Positions 53,046 to 64,000 of a stretch of 64,000 nucleotides of DNA are shown one piece after another (position 1 is the stretch's first letter; each line of letters opens with the position of its first letter). The DNA lies in assembly GCA_051294375.1 (NCBI GenBank), contig JBJCIZ010000744.1, forward strand, positions 272,206-336,205. The letters are read 5' to 3'. The stretch comes from Paraspadella gotoi. Lineage: Eukaryota > Animalia > Chaetognatha. The position numbers and the translations under genes were made by a program. A model generated the notes under the pieces. That model searched no databases. It was not told where the DNA came from and was given only the letters and a program-made list of their open reading frames with translations.

Positions 53046-54845
53046 TTAAGGATTTCTTCGATTCACAAAAATGACGCAGGAACTCTTATGAATCTTGATC
53101 CGATTTTCCCGGCTGAGTGAAAATAGCAGCGACCAACTTTTCTCGATCGTTTTTGGATCTGATCGTATAAGAAGCGCGCGGCGGAAATCCCGTGGTGAAG
53201 GCCAGCTCGATGCACTTCGGGTCGGAGGTGCTGTCCGAGATCAGGGTGAGGGTGTTGGTCGTGTTCACGTCCAGCATCTCTCCATCTGCAGCAGATTTTT
53301 CTCTCGCTCCGCCACGGTCAAATTCTCCGCTCTGTTGTAGACAAAGACGAAGTTTTCGGATGTTCCTTGTAGTGGAGCCAATCCAAATATTGATTGATGG
53401 CTTCGGTGTGGCTGCCCCGATTCGTCCGTAGCAGACGACGACGACGATGTCGATGGAGACCATGTTCGTCTCGAGTTTATCCTTGACGACAATCGTAAAC
53501 TCCTTCTTGCTCATGAAGAATCGCAATTCCGATCGTGTCGATGACGTTCATGGATTTGACCTCGAGTTCCGACTCCGATCCGGTGTAGCCGTTGACGTCG
53601 TCGGCGAAGATAAGACCTTCCAAAAAGACGACGTCCTTGGTGACGGACTGTGCATCCGGCGCGGATTTGCTTCATTCTTGTTGAAACAAGAGGTTGATGA
53701 GGCGGGATTTTCCCGAGCCAGGTCGGCCGAGGGAACAGTACGTTGTAGCCAGACTGGACTGGCGCTTCCAGACATTTTCCCTTGTTGAAAATTTTGAACA
53801 TTGAATTGCATTCAGGGACAAAAGATCCGTCGCGACTTGATCGGCGTCCAAGTCGTCGTCCACTTCCTTGGCGGAGTGTTGATGAGCTTCTTCGCTTCGG
53901 GCGATCAGGATTTTCTTGAATTCTTTCCCTGATGCCGCCACCGCTGGCGGTTTGAAAAGAGATCAGTTTGCCCGAGTAGACGTAACGGGCCACGTGTTCG
54001 CAATTGCGTAGAGGATTGAGTGGTTGGTGCGCCACTGACGTTTATCAATTCTTTGTTTCACGTCTCGAGTGAGACTAGGAAAAGAGAGAGAGATATTGAG
54101 AAAGGGTGTGTCCTTAGTTCCTTACACACAAAACAGCTTCACACGGCTTTCAGCTTATTTACACAAAATCCTCATGAACGACGTAAAGCTTATTCCCGCG
54201 ATTGACATATATCTCGACAAATGTTGTGAACCTTAACGAATCGTTTTTCCCGGAGTGAAACAGGCGAATTCGAAGACCCAAAATCCGTCGGTGGACGAAC
54301 CAGTGATTGTACTTGTACGTCTCTCCTCCACGCGGTGCCTGCGGGAACATCCTTTCGGATGGCAAAAGAGACGGAGGCTCAAAGGCGATCAAGGGAAGGA
54401 AAAGCCGAAAAAAGGCGGGATCCCGATTCTGATTTTTCTTGAGTAAACGGAGTGGGTCAGGCCCAGCCGACCCTGGTCACCTCCGCCCCTCTTCCTCACT
54501 CCCAATCCCCTCCCTCCCTCCCTCCTCTCTCCCTCTCTTCCTCTATAATCTTCCCACCGCTAATTAAACAACAATTCGGCTTGCAGCCTCTCAAGGCAAG
54601 ATCTCAGTCTACCATCTTAGACAGTCTTTGGAGAGTGAGTAGTCCCTCGTTGACGAATGCCTTTCAAGTCAATGTTAAGATTCCCGCGAAGTTTCTTCGT
54701 CGAGCAGAGCTGGAGTGTTTCGCCGAACCGCGCGAAGGTTGGCCAAATGTTCCACGCGCAGCTTCGAGTTGATCGTCAGTTCGTGTGGGTTTTTCGCCAG
54801 TTGTCCTTTTCGTTTTTGCTTTCCGCGGAGATCGATTGTTCCCAT
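53046..54845 (-). CDS. LRAT/PLAAT-like (H-box/NCEH) domain fused to an AIG1/GIMAP-like P-loop GTPase, copy 1 (many indel frameshifts)
   Basis: ATG at 54845. YKYNHWFV H-box near 54300. Phase-2 GT-AG intron at 54162-54075 with a polypyrimidine acceptor. Then LRNCEHVARY, G1 GxxGSGKS, G2 QSVTKD, G3 VIDTIG and G4-like YNRAE. The stop is at 53086 or about 53046 depending on frame correction. The structure of 54340-54720 is unresolved and may contain another intron. Confidence 0.8.
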
Positions 54846-56169
54846 TGTCTATTAATTTTCAGGCTTGGATTGGAGTTAAATTTTTTTTTTCTTAATTAAG
54901 AGTCGGTTATTATTTTTTCAATTTTATTCTATTAATTTACTTAATAGCTTGTTACGAATATCATCGAGAACTAAAACGCGTCCGTTGGTTTTTCCCCCTG
55001 CGTGGATTCAATTTGTTAGCTTTAGTCATAACCTAGTCTGGCAAGCTTTCCTATAGGACAGGTTTTGAATATCTTTTCAAAACCTTTGGGAATATACCTG
55101 GTACCAAAAATAAGAGATTTGAGATAGAACGATTTTTTTTGTTCACAAAGCCCAAAAAGGTTCGTAATAAAAAATCTGGTTACTCCATATATGCAAATGA
55201 GATTAACGATTTACAGTATATTTTTATTTAATAAAAAACTAAATTATATTATATAAAGGTTTATTATATTATTAAAATCAAATTAAAAAGCTAATATGTA
55301 TCGTTTGATAGCAGGACGGATAAAAAATAATATTAGCGATAAAAAGCAATGAAAATACTATTGAAATGAAGAATTTCTTGTTAACTTAATCTTGAAAGAT
55401 AATGATAGTAGATGTGAGAGTGAAGAAATGACAAAAAAGCTATTAGACAAAGAGAGAGATACAGTTCATCAGTTTTTGTTTGCTTACAACCATTTTAGTT
55501 ACTGTTTATTTGAATTAATATTTTGTTGTTTTGTTTACAAAACAATAGATTTTAATTTTTTTCGAGTCTTCATTGTTTTCTCCAAAAATTGTTTCCCTAC
55601 TTCTATCAATGCCTTACTTTCGTTTCTCTTCACTCTCTCTCTGTTTCTCGTCCTTTCCTTAAGCCTTCAGATGTCCCTCACTTTAACACTATCCTTTACT
55701 CAATTCTAATGTTGGAATTCTTCTCTCTCTCTCTCTTCTCATCCTCTCTCTCTCCTCTCATCTCTGCTCTCTCTTCTCTCTCTCTACTCTTTCTCTCCCT
55801 CTCTCCCTTCATCATAATGTAGGCAAAATTTAAATTCGCATTGCGTAATGAAGATTCTAAAGAGTCAAAACACTGGTTCGTTTAAAAATTAAAATTTGTT
55901 GTTTGTAACAAACAAAAACTTTCACTATGTTTGATCATATCAAAATACTTACTTATGCAAAAATAGCAAGGATTTCTTGTGAGGGTAATAAAAAGTGAAG
56001 GGTAAATCTTTCATTTTGTCATGGGATAAGGATCTGTTTGTCAAATTCTAACTTTTATTACTTAACACTATTATAAGTTTATTCCAAAAATTTAGTTTTT
56101 GCTCAATCTGTGTCTTTTACTCTATTTTTCTTCTCTCGGTCCGCCACCCCCAATCTTGTCGGGCATTCA

Positions 56170-56645
56170 CTTATATCATGTCCAGACATCGAATTAGATA
56201 AATTATGCAAAAAAAAGATGTCCGTCCGTCCGTTCGTCTGTCTGTCTGTTCTTCCGTCCGTCCGTCCGTCGTCCGTCCGTGCCGTCCGTCCCGTCGTCCG
56301 TCCGTCCGTCGTCCCACCTTAGCAAAAAAAACACCAATTACTCGTGATTGGATGGATGGATTGAAATGGAATTTTGTGTGTGGGTAGGAAGTGTGTGATG
56401 AGCTGTATAATGATGGAATCGTCCGAGTGAAATGAGTTTAATGGAAAAACAAAAAAATATTTTCACTATTGAACACCAGATTACTCACTGAGTGGTAATG
56501 GGGCGATTGACTTGAAATTTGTAATTTGGGTAGAAAAAGTGTGCGATTTAAACTGGAAATCAAGTTTCGATGGATCGTTTGCAGTGGAAATGAGTTTAAA
56601 ATGGGAAAAAACAAAGAAACCTATTTCACTAATTGATTTATGCCT
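56170..56645 (+). mobile_element. HINE/DINE-1-like (Helentron-derived) non-autonomous element segment
   Basis: A (TCCG/TCTG)n microsatellite at 56220-56315 is followed by two diverged tandem cores of about 150 bp (ccaattactc...gaaatgagtttaatggaaaaac...ttcactattga). An upstream gtcgggcat / atgtccagac pair resembles sub-terminal inverted repeats. Confidence 0.5.
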
Positions 56646-56689
56646 CCTTTTTTCTTTTTATTTAAATGTAAATGCAAGATGTTGTAATT

Positions 56690-56905
56690 AATTAATTAAA
56701 TAATTAATCAGTTAATTAATCAATTAGTCTATTAATTAATCAATAATTAATCAGGTCAATTAACAATCAAAACAAACATTTCGGATCAAATTAATTAATT
56801 AATTGCCTATTAATTAAATAATTAACTTGAATAAATTAATTATAATTATTAAAAATATAATTTATTAACTTGAATAATTATAATTAAATTATAATTATTT
56901 AATTA
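56690..56905. repeat. AT-only quasi-palindromic (TAATTAA)n tract
   Basis: Read directly from the sequence. An inverted partial copy lies at about 63910-64000. Confidence 0.8.
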
Positions 56906-58444
56906 CCGATAAAGATATAGAAAACATAAAATAAAGCTTATTGAAAGATGAAGCGATTTGTCCGAGTCAAATAAAAATCGAGCAAAGCGTTAAATTATAG
57001 GACGACAAAGTTCATATGGTACAAAAATCTAAAAACAAAGACAGGAATAAGAGGCTCACCCTAGCCGTCAGCATTCTTTTTCCCTGCCGGGTCTTTTCTT
57101 CCCCACCTCTCCTTCTCTCCCTTCGTCGTCCCCCATCTTCATCCCCGGTCAAGGTCAGGTCTTGGAGATCGCCTCAACCTCGTCTTCCTTCTCACTCTCA
57201 CCCTTTTATTAACCTTATTCTTTTCCCTTTACCAAATATTCATCCTTACCTTACTTACCTTTCCCCGACGAAGCATAGTTAGATCCTTACCAAGAAAGTA
57301 CATACCTTTAGAGAAAGAATTAGTTTTTTGTCCAAAAAAGTCAATAATTTTTTCAATTAAAAATGTTATATAATAGAATATTGGTGAACAAATTCGCATA
57401 GAATATTTCTAGGGATAGGATTTTAATTATTTTTAACCTAAGCAAAATTAAAATATATGAAACTATATAAATAGGATTCTCGCCTACATTCAATGATAAA
57501 CCAATATTGATGCTAATGATAAACAAAGGATTGATGGCGAAATGATTAACCAAATGTTGATGCCGATGATAATCAAATATTTGATGCGATGATAAACCAA
57601 TAATTGATGCGCATGATAACCAAATGATCGATGGGATGATAACGCGATTGATTGTTGTGATAATAACCAAATGATTGATGCGAGATAAGTCATTCATGAA
57701 TGATGATAATCATTCATTGATACGATGATACTCATTCCATTGATTGGCGATGGTAGTTCATTCATATGACGCAATGAATCATTCAATCATAAATAATCAA
57801 ACAAATGCTGTGTATGAGTGAAAGAGAGAGAGAAAGAGAGAAGAAGAGAGAGAGAAGAAAAGAGAGAGAAAGAAAGAGATAAATCCAACGAAAATCTCCG
57901 GATGTAAATTGGCGATTTGCATTGAGAAAAAAGCGCAGAATAAAAATGCGCGATAATAAAAAGTTTTAAAGGAAAAAAATAATCAAAATTTTTCAAAAAA
58001 ACGAATCACAGCCAAAGAGATCTACAAGAGAGAGAGAGACAGAAAGTAGACAGAAAGAGAGAGAAAGCTGGACAGCCGCTGGAAGGCAGCTGAACAGATT
58101 CCTACAGAACCTGAACTCGTTATTATTAAGGGTTCAGAAAAACAGCAACTGACAAAAATAAGAAAAATAAATTTATATAATAATTTAAAGAAACAAAAGA
58201 TAATAGGTAAAAAATGTTACAATTGTTTAAATTAAAAATCTTGAAAATTTTTTCCAATCATAAGCATCACAATGAATGAACCGGAACAGAGGAAGGTAAG
58301 GAGAGGGATTCCGGAAGAGGAGAAGATTCTATGGAATGATTTTGAATGGGAAATTTTTATTTAAAAAAAAACGGTAAGTCCCAGCCAAACCAATAAAAGC
58401 GTATTAGTTTTAATATTAAAAAAATGCGTAGTTTGCGGTGAATT

Positions 58445-58485
<41 letters not shown>

Positions 58486-59017
58486 TTTCCACAACTCTTG
58501 TTTGCGCTGATGAAGGCTAGTATTAAGCCGAAGCATGTCTCGTTTGCCGTATAAAAAATTTTAACGTTTGTTATATATTAAAAAAAAATTCTGTTCTTAT
58601 CTTCACTCAAAGAAAGAAAAAAAAATGTCTAGATGGCTATAAAAATAAACTCGCCGAGCTAATTGTATCGCAAGGATATAAAGAAAANNNNNNNNNNNNN
58701 NNNNNNNNNNNNNNNNNNNNNNNNNNNNNNNNNNNNNNNNNNNNNNNNNNNNNNNNNNNNNNNNNNNNNNNNNNNNNNNNNNNNNNNNNNNNNNNNNNNN
58801 NNNNNNNNNNNNNNNNNNNNNNNNNNNNNNNNNNNNNNNNNNNNNNNNNNNNNNNNNNNNNNNNNNNNNNNNNNNNNNNNNNNNNNNNNNNNNNNNNNNN
58901 NNNNNNNNNNNNNNNNNNNNNGAATAAACAAAAACAATAAAAATAAAAATATGAAAAAAACGCCAATTCTAAATCTGTTGTAGCTAGGAATTGTGATAAT
59001 TTTCGGGAGACATCTTA

Positions 59018-60703
59018 TTATAAGGATTTCTTCGATTCACAAAATGACGCAGGAACTCTTANNNNNNNNNNNNNNNNNNNNNNNNNNNNNNNNNNNNNNN
59101 NNNNNNNNNNNNNNNNNNNNNNNNNNNNNNNNNNNNNNNNNNNNNNNNNNNNNNNNNNNNNNNNNNNNNNNNNNNNNNNNNNNNNNNNNNNNNNNNNNNN
59201 NNNNNNNNNNNNNNNNNNNNNNNNNNNNNNNNNNNNNNNNNNNNNNNNNNNNNNNNNNNNNNNNNNNNNNNNNNNNTGATCGTAAGAAGCGCCGGGCGGA
59301 AATCCCGTGGTGAAGGCCAGCTCGATGCACTTCGGGTCGGAGGTGCTGTCCGAGATCAGGGTGAGGGTGTTGGTCGTGTTCACGTCCAGCATCTCTCCCA
59401 TCTGCAGCAGATTTTTCTCTCGCTCCGCCACGGTCAAATTCTCCGCTCTGTTGTAGACAAAGACGAAGTTTTTCGGATGTTCCTTGTAGTGGAGCCAATC
59501 CAAATATTGATTGATGGCTTCGGTGTGGCTGCCCTCGATTCGTCCGTAGCAGACGACGACGACGATGTCGATGGAGACCATGTTCGTCTCGAGTTTATCC
59601 TTGACGCAATCGTAAACTTCCTTCTTGCTCATGAAGGAATCGCAAATTCCGATCGTGTCGATGACGTTCATGGATTTGACCTCGAGTTCCGACTCCGATC
59701 CGGTGTAGCCGTTGACGTCGTCGGCNNNNNNNNNNNNNNNNNNNNNNNNNNNNNNNNNNNNNNNNNNNNNNNNNNNNNNNNNNNNNNNNNNNNNNNNNNN
59801 NNNNNNNNNNNNNNNNNNNNNNNNNNNNNNNNNNNNNNNNNNNNNNNNNNNNNNNNNNNNNNNNNNNNNNNNNNNNNNNNNNNNNNNNNNNNNNNNNNNN
59901 NNNNNNNNNNNNNNNNNNNNNNNNNNNNNNNNNNNNNNNNNNNNNNNNNNNNNNNNNNNNCAGTCGGGCCGAGGAACAGTACGTTGTAGCCAGACTGACT
60001 GGCGCTTTCCAGACATTTTCCCTTGTTGAAAAATTGAACATTGAATTTGCATTCAGGGTACAAAAGATCCGTCGCGACTTGATCGGCGTCCAAGTCGTCG
60101 TCCACTTCCTTGGGCGGAGTGTTGATGAGCTTCTTCGCTTCGGGCGTCAGGATTTTCTTGAATTCTTCCCTGATGCCGCCACCGCTGGCGGTTTGGAAAG
60201 AGATCCAGTTGCCCGAGTAGACGTAACGGGCCACGTGTTCGCAATTGCGTAGGAGGATTGAGTGGTTGGTGGCGCCACTGACGTTTATCATTCTTTGTTT
60301 CACGTCTCGAGTGAGACTAGGAAAGAGAGAGAGATATTGAGAAAGGGTGTGTCCTTAGTCCTTACCACAAAACAGCTTCATCACGGCTTTCAGCTTATTT
60401 ACCAAAAATCCTCATGAACGACGTAAAGCTTATTCCCGCGATTGACATATCTCGACAAATCGTTGTGAACCTTAACGAATCGTTTTCCCGGAGTGAAACA
60501 GGCGAATTCGAAGACCCAAAATCCGTCGGTGACGAACCAGTGATTGTACTTGTACGTCTCTACCTCCACGCGGTGCTNNNNNNNNNNAACCCGCGAAGGT
60601 TGGCCAAATGTTCCACGCGCAGCTTCGAGTTGAACTTCAGCTCGTGTGGTTTTTCCCAGTTGTCCTTTTCGTTTTGCTTTCCGACGGAGATCGATGTTCC
60701 CAT
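59018..60703 (-). CDS. LRAT/PLAAT-like domain plus AIG1/GIMAP-like GTPase fusion, copy 2 (interrupted by N gaps)
   Basis: Open from ATG 60703: MGTSISVGKQNEKDNWEKPHELKFNSKLRVEHLANLRG. After a gap: ETYKYNHWFVTDGFWVFEFAC. Then VKQRMINVSGATNHSILLRNCEHVARYVYSG...GYNVLFLGPT. After another gap: MNVIDTIGICDSF...IDIVVVVCYGRI...FVFVYNRAE...RVPASFCESKKSL and a stop. Confidence 0.85.
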
Positions 60704-60889
60704 TGTCTATAATTTTCGAGCTTGGATGGAGTTAATTTTTTTTTTTATATTAAGAGTCGGGTTATTATTTTTTCAATTTTATTCTATTTAATTTTACTTA
60801 TAGCTTGTACCGAATATCATCGAGAACTAAAACCGTCGTTGGGTTTTTTCCCCCTCGTGGATTCAATTTGTTAGCTTAGTCATAACTCG

Positions 60890-61558
60890 TCTGGCAAGCT
60901 TCCTATAGGACAGGTTTGAATATCTTTTCAAAACCTTGGGAATATTACCTTGGTACCAAAATAAGAGATTTGAGATAGAACGATTTTTTTGTTCACAAAG
61001 CCAAAAGGTTCGTAATAAAAATCTGGTTACTCCAATATGCAAATGAGATTAACGATTCACAGTAATATTTTTATTTAATAAAAACTTATTAATATTATAT
61101 AAAAGGTTTTATATATATTATAAAATCAAATTAAAAAGCTAATATGTATCGTTTGATCAGCAGACAGGATAAAAAAATAATATTAAGCGATAAAAAGCAC
61201 ATGAAAATACTATTGAAATGAAGATTTCTTGTAACTTAATCTTGAAAGATAATGATAGTGATAGTGAGAGTGAAGAAATGACAAAAAGCTATTAAGACAA
61301 AGAGAGATACAGTTCAATCAGTTTTTTGTTTTGCTTACAACCATTTTAGTACTGTTTATTTGAATTATATTTTGTTGTTTGTTTACAAACAATAGATTTT
61401 AATTTTTTCGAGTCTTCATTGTTTTCTCCAAAAATTGTTTCCTACTTACTATCAAATGGCCTTACTTCGTTTCTCTTCACTCTCTCTCTGTCTCTCCTTT
61501 CCTTACCTTCAGATGTCCTCACCTTTAACACTATCCTTTACTCAATTCTATGTTGGAT

Positions 61559-61597
<39 letters not shown>

Positions 61598-63080
61598 TTT
61601 AACTCTTTTTAGATCTTCATTCAGGCGCAATGTGAAATTTAAATTTTTGCCCAAACATCATGATGAAGGGGAGATAAAATGATACAACAACGGACCTGAA
61701 GCTCGCGATTAAGCAGGCTTTATAGGGCTTTCATTAAAGACATACATTGGACGTAAAAAAAAAATTTAACATTGTACGTATTTGTAATGTTCTTTAAAAC
61801 ATTTGAAACTTTTTTATCTCAAACCGGACAAGACACTATGAAAAAGTTACCGTGAACGGCCAGAAAACGTAAAATGTAAAAAAACAAAACAAAAACAAAA
61901 AGTAATGATGTAGAATGAGACATTTCTGATTCCCAATCAGGTAACAGGAGCGAGAGAAAGAGAGGGATTGAAGATAAAATCGCCTTCCTGACCTTTTTTG
62001 GTCATTATTTCTCTCTCGGTCCCGTTGCAACGCCCTGTCATTTTCGTACGTTTACTGTTTAGGAATTTGTGTACGAATTTTATTCGGTTTAGAAACCATT
62101 TATTGAAATCAACGTCGCCCCGCCCTGTCCGAAACCGGCCTTTTTACGGGGTTTTTTCGCGACTGATATTGTCACGATTTTCTTTTTTTGCTACAATTTT
62201 AATGACCAAGAATAGACGTTTGGACCGTTCTGGAACTCGCGTTTTACTCCTTTACTTAGAGATATAGTCAGCCGAAACTTTTGTCAAAAACCCTTTTTCG
62301 ACGGGCGGACAACGAACGTTCAAGGAACCGCAAGCGTGGAGACTCAACGTCTTACAAGAGTGCAGAGAGAGAGAAAGAGAGCAAGTAAGCTGTCCAGACA
62401 AAAGAATTGAGTAAAGAAAAGTCGTAAGGAGTAAGAACAGCTAAAGTAAGTTACAGGTAGGAGACAGACGAGAGAGTGATAGAAATAAAGTCATGGTCAT
62501 TTGAGACTCAGTATGGAAACAATGTTTGGAGAAAAGAATAAGACCGAAACATGTCCTTTATAAAAATAAAATTTGTTGGGTTTGTAAACAAAACAAACTA
62601 TAATTTCAAGTTAACAGTACCAAAATGGTTGTGAGCAAAAACAAAAAAAACTGATGAACTGTATCTCTCTTCTGTCTTAATACCTTTTTTGTCATTTCTT
62701 TACTGTTTCACTATCTTTCAGATTAAGTTAAGAAACCTTTATTTTAATTAGTATTTTTCATGTTGATTTTTATTGGTTAATATTATTTTTTTTATCCTGT
62801 CAGCTAATCAAAACGATACATATAGCTTTTTAATTTGATTTTATATTTATTTATTTAAATTTTTAATTAAGATTAATAAGTTTTTATTAAATTAAAATAT
62901 TACTGTGAACGTAATCTCATTTGCCATATGGAGTAACCCGATTTTATATTACTAACCTTTTTGGCTTTGGTGGACAAAAAATTGTTCTATCTCAAAATCT
63001 CTAATTTTTGCGTACCAAGGTAATATTCCCAAAGTTTTGTAAAGATATTCCAACCCATCCTATAGGAAGCTTCCAGGCTA
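60890..63080. mobile_element. Long inverted repeat (arms about 60890-61590 and 62340-63080) around a core of about 750 bp; foldback-type element candidate
   Basis: ctggcaagcttcctataggacagg...ccttggtacc (60891-60957) mirrors gtaccaagg...cctataggaagcttccagg (63012-63077). The arms differ by substitutions as well as indels. Confidence 0.6.
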
Positions 63081-63622
63081 CTACTGCGTAATTGAAAAAA
63101 TTATTATAAATTTTTTAATACATAAATGTTCATTAGTATAATGTTGTTCGTTCCTTACTTTTTAGAATTTTAATTAAGGTTAAATTTAAAAATTTTACAC
63201 GCCTTACTATGTAATATATCATTATTTTAATCATTAATTAAAATATGACATACGAGTCATACCATTTACTATTTACACTGGAGATTCTAATTTCACNNNN
63301 NNNNNNNNNNNNNNNNNNNNNATGTTCGTTTAAAAAATAAAATTTGTTGTTTGTAAACAAACAACAAACTTTCACTATGTTTGAATCATATCAAAATACT
63401 TACTTATCAAAATAGCAAGGATTCTTGGAGGTTAATAAAAAGTGAGGGTAAATCTTTCATTTGTCATGGGTAAGGATCTGTTTTGTCAAATTCTAACTTT
63501 TATTACTTTACACTATTATAAAGCCTTTATCCAAAAAATTTAGTTTTTGCTCAATCTGTGTCTTTTACTCTATTTTTCTTCTCTCGGTCCGCCCCCCCAA
63601 TCTTGTCGGGCATTCACTTATA

Positions 63623-64000
63623 TGTGGAGAAGGAAGACGAGAGTGAGGCCGATCTCCAAGACCTGATCCTTGACTCGGGGATGAAGAGGAGGGGACGACG
63701 AAGGGAGAGAAGGAGAGGTGGGGAGAAAAGACCCGCAGGGAAAAAGGAGCTGACGGTAGGGTGAGCCTCTATTCTGTCTTTTTTTTAGATTTTTGTACCA
63801 ATGAACTTTGTCGTCCTATAACTTTTCAAAGCTTTGCTCGATTTTATTTGGACTCGGACAAATCGCTTCATCTTTCAATAAGCTTTATTTTATGTTTCTA
63901 TATCTTTATCGGTAATTAAATAATTAATAATTAATTAATATTATTCAAGTTAATTAATTATTTAATTAATTAATAATTAATTTATTCAAGTTAATTATTT
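63623..64000 (-). repeat. Inverted copy of about 56800-57195
   Basis: gaaggaagacgag...gatctccaagacctga and ttttgtacca...gactcggacaaatcgcttcatctttcaataagctttatt are reverse complements of 57160-57195 and 56925-57030. Confidence 0.85.

Larger units (their letters stand above)
51400..63622 (+). repeat. About 6-kb direct duplication: 51400-55740 matches 57470-61590, and 55870-56175 matches 63322-63622
   Basis: Both copies are collinear for the 23-bp minisatellite, the AG tracts, the whole LRAT-GTPase gene and its upstream region. Confidence 0.9.

Noticed and set aside
53046-54845. Calling copy 1 of the fusion gene a pseudogene, or invoking programmed frameshifting
   Set aside because: The frameshifts are single-base indels of the same kind seen throughout the unpolished flanks, and they fall at different positions in the two copies. 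Sequencing error is the simpler explanation until the region is polished.

Overview
Repeat-rich eukaryotic DNA, probably from an invertebrate animal, in a noisy gap-filled draft assembly with many N gaps, seven of them exactly 25 N. Most of 0.5-43 kb is four large foldbacks. In three of them one arm decays progressively, so they are probably long-read or amplification chimeras. Most listed ORFs are microsatellite artefacts. The main coding signal is a minus-strand gene present twice (about 53.05-54.85 kb and 59.0-60.7 kb). Pieced together from both error-ridden copies, it encodes an N-terminal MGTSIS myristoylation-like motif, an LRAT/PLAAT-type H-box/NCEH domain and an AIG1/GIMAP-like P-loop GTPase. 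Just beside it, on the opposite strand, is a phase 1-1 exon encoding half an Ig V-type domain. Other signals: a CCA-bearing 46-nt tRNA-Leu 3' half behind an LTR-like segment, four short-TIR elements with telomere-like cores, a tRNA-derived SINE, a HINE/DINE-like element, hairpin elements and several minisatellites.
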